64,000 nt of DNA, taken from contig OZ037833.1 in the NCBI GenBank assembly GCA_964035575.1, positions 2,728,001 to 2,792,000 on the forward strand, given 5' to 3'. This stretch comes from Rhynchopus sp. YZ270_cl-10. Its lineage: Eukaryota. A program made the position numbers and the translations under genes. Each line of letters opens with the position of its first letter. The stretch's first letter is position 1. The notes under the pieces are model-generated. The model was not told the DNA's origin, did no database searches, and was given only the letters and a program-made list of their open reading frames with translations. Shown here in pieces: positions 58,485 to 64,000 of the stretch.

Positions 58485-61400
58485 AGAGAAAGGTGTTCTA
58501 TTTTGTTCGCTCAATTTCGATCTATTTTTGAATGTGCGGGGTGGGGTTTGGTACGGTTTTGTTATTTGTTAAAGAGGCAAAGCCCCGGGGGGTTTTTTTG
58601 GGTTGTTTTTATTGACTGCGAAATAGTTGCTGTTAAAACCCCCTGAGTTAAAAGACTGAATTACGTTTCGGTGTTTGAACGGCCACCTTCACAATGCTCT
58701 TTTAGGTGACCACCCATATGAGTCTTAGGGTGTCTTACCGAATTTCTCTTTCTGTTTGCAGGTGTGTTCTAGGGGAATGGACATGAATCTTTCCCTTCGT
58801 GCTGCTTAGTGAACGGTCATTGCGTAAAGCAACGTTTTCACAAGACATCCTACAGCGGTTTTTGATGGCGAATCACAAGAGGTTAAGGATTATGTTCCTA
58901 TTTTTCTTTTATCTCATCCCATGGCTCGCGAGGTTTACCTCTGCATGTTGCCGTTAACCCCCATCTTCATGTTAAAGGTAGTGTTTGCATTTGAGGCCAC
59001 TAAAAACCTAGTGCAAATTTTGATCAATCACAAATTTGACCAATTCCCCCCTTTGAACTGTTCCAAAAAATTATTATTTTTTTCCTACTGAGATGTTTAG
59101 CACGTTTCAACTGCTCTTGGTCGCATAAACATATAGTGGAGCTCTTCCTCGGGTGTCTCCGTTCACGATACCAACCAAGTTGTCAATACACAAAAAAATG
59201 GGTTACCCTAGTATCCACAAGGCGACAGTTGAGCACAGAACCAACCTCTTGGTGGGGAGATTGCCGATACAGCAAACGCAGTAAAAAAAAACAAAAATAG
59301 TGGAGCACACTCTAGCCTATGTCTAGACTAGGGTGGCTACACTAATGCAACCAAGTTTTCAAAAAAATATTCCAAATGACATAACGCCGCGTCACGCCTA
59401 CATCGTAGGTTACCGTGAAAAAGGGGGGAGGGGAAACTCAAGTGTGTTATTGTGTTATTGCTTGTGCGTATGGAAGAGTGGTATCACTCCTCCTTCCCTC
59501 CGTTGAAGAAAGGTGTTATTTTTGCGTGTTTTCTAGCGTTTCCGAGTAAATAGAAATAGAGATCGTAGCTCTCGGGAAACGTCCTTTTCCTTCTTCTTTT
59601 TTCTAGCTTTTTTTTTTTGTTTTGCTTTTTAAAAGATGCGTCGATCTATATCACATGAGCACTTTGCTTGGTAGCGATTGTCATGCCGTGTGGCACCTCA
59701 AATAAGGTATCTTTCTAGGTCAATCAGACAAGACTACTACTTGTATTTTCATCCTGGCATCATACTGCCGTGGGTCAGTCGTGCATCAACAACAACCATT
59801 TTTTTGTGCTGTCTGGGGTTCGATAACCCGCGGAGAACCAATGCCTGCGTACGCCGATGAGCGGTGAGGCGTTTAAACTTGGTGAACTGCAGAACCAGAG
59901 AGGGCTGTACCAACCTTTGTCGTGCTTGTGGTATGCGAAGCACTGTGCAACGCACCCACACACATACACGATAGCGATTGCGGCACAGCCATAGACAACT
60001 CCTTCATACTGTGCACTGCACACTGCGCACTTCAAAATTAGAGCACCACCCTCATATACCATTGCTGGTGCGAGCAATCAACCACGTAGTCAAAATGGTT
60101 CACAGTGTGTTGCCCTTCGCACATCACACCTTATTAGATACGTCCTGTCACGATGGGACCGGTAAATAGTAAACTAGAAGAGTAGGGCGCTTTCCCTCTC
60201 TATCAGTTGGCTTGATGCGTTTCCTTGGGTCAGGTGGGGGGGCTTACGTTCAGCTTGCCTACACCCTTTTTCCGACGAAATGAATGTATAACAGCATGGT
60301 TCGGGGTCCACCCACGGTGTACTGATCAAGCAACGGTACACTGCCACGAGAGTGCTGTATTTCAAGTCAACATTTTTCTTCCTCCCTTTTTTCGAACAAT
60401 ATATTGCAAGATTTTTTTGGTTTGGGTATGGGTTTTATGGTACAAAAAAAGCAATATCGACAAAAAAAATGTCACTTCCGGTGCAGAGAATCTGTCTTTT
60501 ATACGTTGGGATTTCGTTTCGTTCAGTTTTTTTTGTTTTTCTGTATTTTTTTTTCTATTTGTCTATTTTGTTGCAATTTTTTGGTCAACACAAAACGCCT
60601 TTTTGCAACTCATCCCCAGAGAAACGCCTTCCTGAACACTACTGAACAATTTTTGTAGGTAAAAGGAAGTCGGCAAACTGGAATATTTTATAACTTCGGG
60701 GAAAAGGGCTTGGCTCTGAGTGCTCTGTGTCTTACATAGACCAACCCTGTGTATATGAAATGCATCCCCACTTTTTTTCAAACTACTCTTTTCAAAAATA
60801 CTCTTTTGAATAAGGAGAGAAGGGTGTTTTAGATGTTAGCAAGAATTGAGGTACATTGTCACGAGAGGGCTTTGTATTTTCGTCACATTTTTTTCTTCTT
60901 CTGATGTACATCGCGCGAGACGGCACATCTTTTTTCAATTTTTTCGTTGTGTCTTGCATCGATTTTTGCGGTGTCAAGCACTCCCCCTCCCCCCTGAGTG
61001 TCAATACCCATCAAATGACACTTCGAGTAGTTTCAATGAATTTTCTTTACGAACTTCATTCCGTCTGCCTCTGGCCTTGCCTTTTGGAGGTGTACATAAG
61101 CACGAGAGGCTGGTGTTCATCTCACAAACCTTTTCCCCCCCGCGAGTGTCAGTGCCTGCGTCCCGGCGTTTGCACTACCTACTGCACTTTTTTATGACTA
61201 CAGTAGGACAACAAACACCGGTGGGGTAAAAAACATAGGCGGAGTAAAACCACCGGAGGGGTAAAAACTAAGGTGGATTTTGGAATTTTCAAAATTCTAA
61301 GGAGGGGTTTTTTGCCCCACCAATGTTTGTTGTCTTACTGTAAGCACGACGAGGGTTAGGTTCATCCTTTTAACTTTATTTTTTCTCTCTTCAGTTGCTC

Positions 61401-62338
61401 TCCATATCCCTTCCCCCCCTGCGCAACCCTGACTTCCAAATGAAAGATGTGTTTCCCCCCATTTCTCTCCACTCCCCCCGTAGGTTCTTTTTCTCAGCTA
61501 GCATATATTTTTTTTTTTCAGGGGAGTCAACAAATCTCGAATATTAAGCAACTCATGCTTAGGTTCAACTCACAAAACCTTTTTTTTTTCTTTTTTTTTC
61601 TTCTTCTTTTTTGAGATGGCGGTGTCCGAGAGTCATCATTCACGTTCACTCTCTTTTTTTCCCTCTCTAATTTTTTTTAGCGTAGATGCCGACATCGTTG
61701 CACGAATGTTTTTGAGCACTGCATCTTGAGTCTGGCAGGTCCAGAGTACACAACAGATTTCAGTCTTTTGTCCTCATGATGCAGGCAGTTAGGTTGCTTT
61801 TAAAAGGTGATCAATGAAGCCAATGCATAAAGTATCAGTCAAGACTGCAGAACAATGCCAGTCTCTTTTCTGAGTAAAAAATGATGTCAGATAACTCTAA
61901 GCAAAGGAGAGAAAACTCAACGCAGAAGAAGTAGTAAAAAAACGCCATACAATACAAATGGTCATTTCTTTCCCTCCCCTTGAGGGAGAGTGGGCGTGGA
62001 GTGGATTTTTTTTTTCTGTTGCTACGTGATTTTTTTTCTTCTTTTTCCTCCCCGCAAAGTTTTCAAAAAAAAAAGAGACACTACAGTAGACTACAAAGCT
62101 CTCCCTCCCTCTCCTCATATTTCTCCTTTTTTTTCATTGCATTTTTCTTTCTGTCTGCAGGGTACCCTCAGGATACCTCATGATTTTCATCCGGGGCTGG
62201 TATAGTACAGTCACATCGGAGGTGCCTGCATCAATAACTTCCATTTCTCAAAAAAAAATTCCCTTCTTTCCAACTCAACTCCACTCATCCCTTCAGAATA
62301 CATCTTAAGGGGGTTTCCTCCAAAAAAAAAATCTCAAT

Positions 62339-64000
62339 ATGGATCGTCCACCACCGAGCCCTCAGAAGGGAGGTTCCCTTGCGTTTTCACGGTCGCTCAG
62401 TTCCAACATCGCGAGACGGTCTATTAGCGCGGCAACAGAGCTGCATTCCTCACTCCAATCCTGCAGTTCACGACTTCTACGGGTTCGGGAACACAAAGAA
62501 GGGCATTTTGATGAGGGTCTTGGAGCAGAGGTGATGGGGCAGAACTGTGTGTCTGTGGGGCTCCGCAGTGCGTCGTCTGGTATTGCACACTGCGCTGTCG
62601 CGGAGTTTCTTGAGGCAGGGGGATGCACTGTGATGCAAAACCGTGTTCTTCATAGCGCTGTGACGGACACCTTCCGTCTCCTGCAGTGCTTTCGGAACCC
62701 TACCATGGTGTGTTCGTACCATAAGGTGAAGGACAAAACATACTTTGATCACATCTCATTTACGGCATTTGACATCAAACTCCACCCATTAAGCACACCG
62801 CTATTGGAAGCAATGCAGACACCAGAGTCCACCGGAGCCATGCCGTTCACCAGAGAAGCGCTCCCGGAGTGCATTCTGCGTACTCTATGCGAAGGGGATG
62901 CAGACGTTGTGGCGGAGCTGGTTCTGTGCATCTACGTCTTCGGGATGGATGGAGGCGGTGTGGACGCGCTCTTTGGGACAAGCTTCAATCGGACGAAGAC
63001 AGTGTCTGCAGGAATGCGTGCTCGGGTGCATGCGTTGCTTGGGTGGAAGGGGAGGAGGGTTAGGGTAACTGCGGCAGACGCAGCGACGGTGGCCAAGGGG
63101 TTGTACCGTGGACTGCTTGTGGTGTTGATTCTACGGTGTAACCAAAGGATAGCAGAGTGTGCAGGAATGGTCGCGAAGGGGGCGATGACGGACCTCTGCT
63201 CGACGTTGAGTTGTCTTACCTTGGGGGATTGGTTTGCGAAGGCCACAGCGAAGATAGTTTGCGGTGAGTTTGCCTCTGCCTTAGAGGTGCCTGAAGCGGA
63301 GTACCCGAAGGACGATCTGGTGCTCGCAGGAGACACCTTTGAAGCGTTGCGTGAGAGTGAGAAGCACCCCCTCATCGAGGACGTCATTCTCACAGCGTGG
63401 CAGTCCGTTGGGAAGCGTTCCGTGTGTTCGCACACCCGCGCGGTGGAGGAGGTGGCGGCCTTTGAGCGTGCAGTGCTGCGTCCTGATATGCGCCTCGTGG
63501 CTGTCTTCGATACGTCGCCTTTGTCTGAGGTGTCCCGTGAGAGGCAGGCAGGGCTTCTCGACATTCCGCTTGACACAAAGATCCTCCCGCTCTCGCGCAG
63601 AGGGTACAAAGGGTACGACATCCACGCAGACGTCTCCTTCCGTGATGTGCACAATGAAATCGCACGGCATGGGTCCATCAAGCATGCAGATGGCTTCGCA
63701 GAAAGCGGCACCTCCTCCCCTGGGGTGGTTGCGATGCAGGCGCTTGGGGGGAAGGTGCCTGGGCATGGTCATGGGTCTCATGGGTCGTCGCAGAGCAACC
63801 CAATGGAGGCCACCTTTGGGATCTCACGTAGGCCTAGTACCAGCAACGTGGAGGGGTCGCCGGATGGTAGTGTGCAGCGTGCGGTGAATGCGGAGGAGCT
63901 GCGTCTTGACTCGTCGTGGATGGGGCGGAGTGTGTCGCAGAATGTGCAGAATGGGAATCCCAGATCGCAGTCGCAGTCGCTGTCCCACCGTGATATGTCT
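62339..64000 (+). CDS. Hypothetical protein, truncated by the window edge
   Basis: Manual translation from ATG 62339 (MDRPPPSPQKGG...) stays open for 554 codons to the end of the window. It is missing from the ORF track because there is no stop codon. Confidence 0.75.
   Translation, partial: MDRPPPSPQKGGSLAFSRSLSSNIARRSISAATELHSSLQSCSSRLLRVREHKEGHFDEGLGAEVMGQNCVSVGLRSASSGIAHCAVAEFLEAGGCTVMQNRVLHSAVTDTFRLLQCFRNPTMVCSYHKVKDKTYFDHISFTAFDIKLHPLSTPLLEAMQTPESTGAMPFTREALPECILRTLCEGDADVVAELVLCIYVFGMDGGGVDALFGTSFNRTKTVSAGMRARVHALLGWKGRRVRVTAADAATVAKGLYRGLLVVLILRCNQRIAECAGMVAKGAMTDLCSTLSCLTLGDWFAKATAKIVCGEFASALEVPEAEYPKDDLVLAGDTFEALRESEKHPLIEDVILTAWQSVGKRSVCSHTRAVEEVAAFERAVLRPDMRLVAVFDTSPLSEVSRERQAGLLDIPLDTKILPLSRRGYKGYDIHADVSFRDVHNEIARHGSIKHADGFAESGTSSPGVVAMQALGGKVPGHGHGSHGSSQSNPMEATFGISRRPSTSNVEGSPDGSVQRAVNAEELRLDSSWMGRSVSQNVQNGNPRSQSQSLSHRDMS

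Noticed and set aside
61216..61280. Two-unit degenerate tandem repeat (CACCGG.GGGGTAAAAA...)
   Set aside because: A local duplication with no other copies or structure seen.
3478..61575. Short repeats as a CRISPR array or bacterial terminators
   Set aside because: They are dispersed, without regular repeat-spacer spacing or cas genes, in a eukaryotic context.

Overview
Eukaryotic (protist) genomic DNA, not prokaryotic. About 14 protein genes lie head-to-tail, all on the + strand, separated by A/T-tract-rich spacers. The introns are short GT-AG type and all 12 that I could model start GTATG. This layout suggests a euglenozoan such as a diplonemid (inference). Genes: CTL/SLC44 choline transporter-like, Ser/Thr kinase, two SET-domain proteins (one TPR-SET-MYND), a ~5,400-aa VPS13-like protein with inserted NHL, NADAR/YbiA-like and C2 domains, COP9 subunit CSN1, a Crinkler/RHS-like NTPase+REase protein, a Pro/Thr mucin-like membrane protein, a Ser/Pro/Arg-rich protein, a Sen1-like SF1 helicase, a bacterial-looking secreted protein, a UIM-RING-zinc-ribbon protein, one unknown ORF, and an ORF running off the right edge. 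The spacers hold two foldback/MITE elements (one with a clean 8-bp target duplication) and at least five families of short dispersed repeats, most of them hairpins. One family shows compensatory base changes and a single orientation. Coding regions alternate between G/T-rich and C/A-rich blocks. All calls come from reading the sequence by eye; no searches were run.
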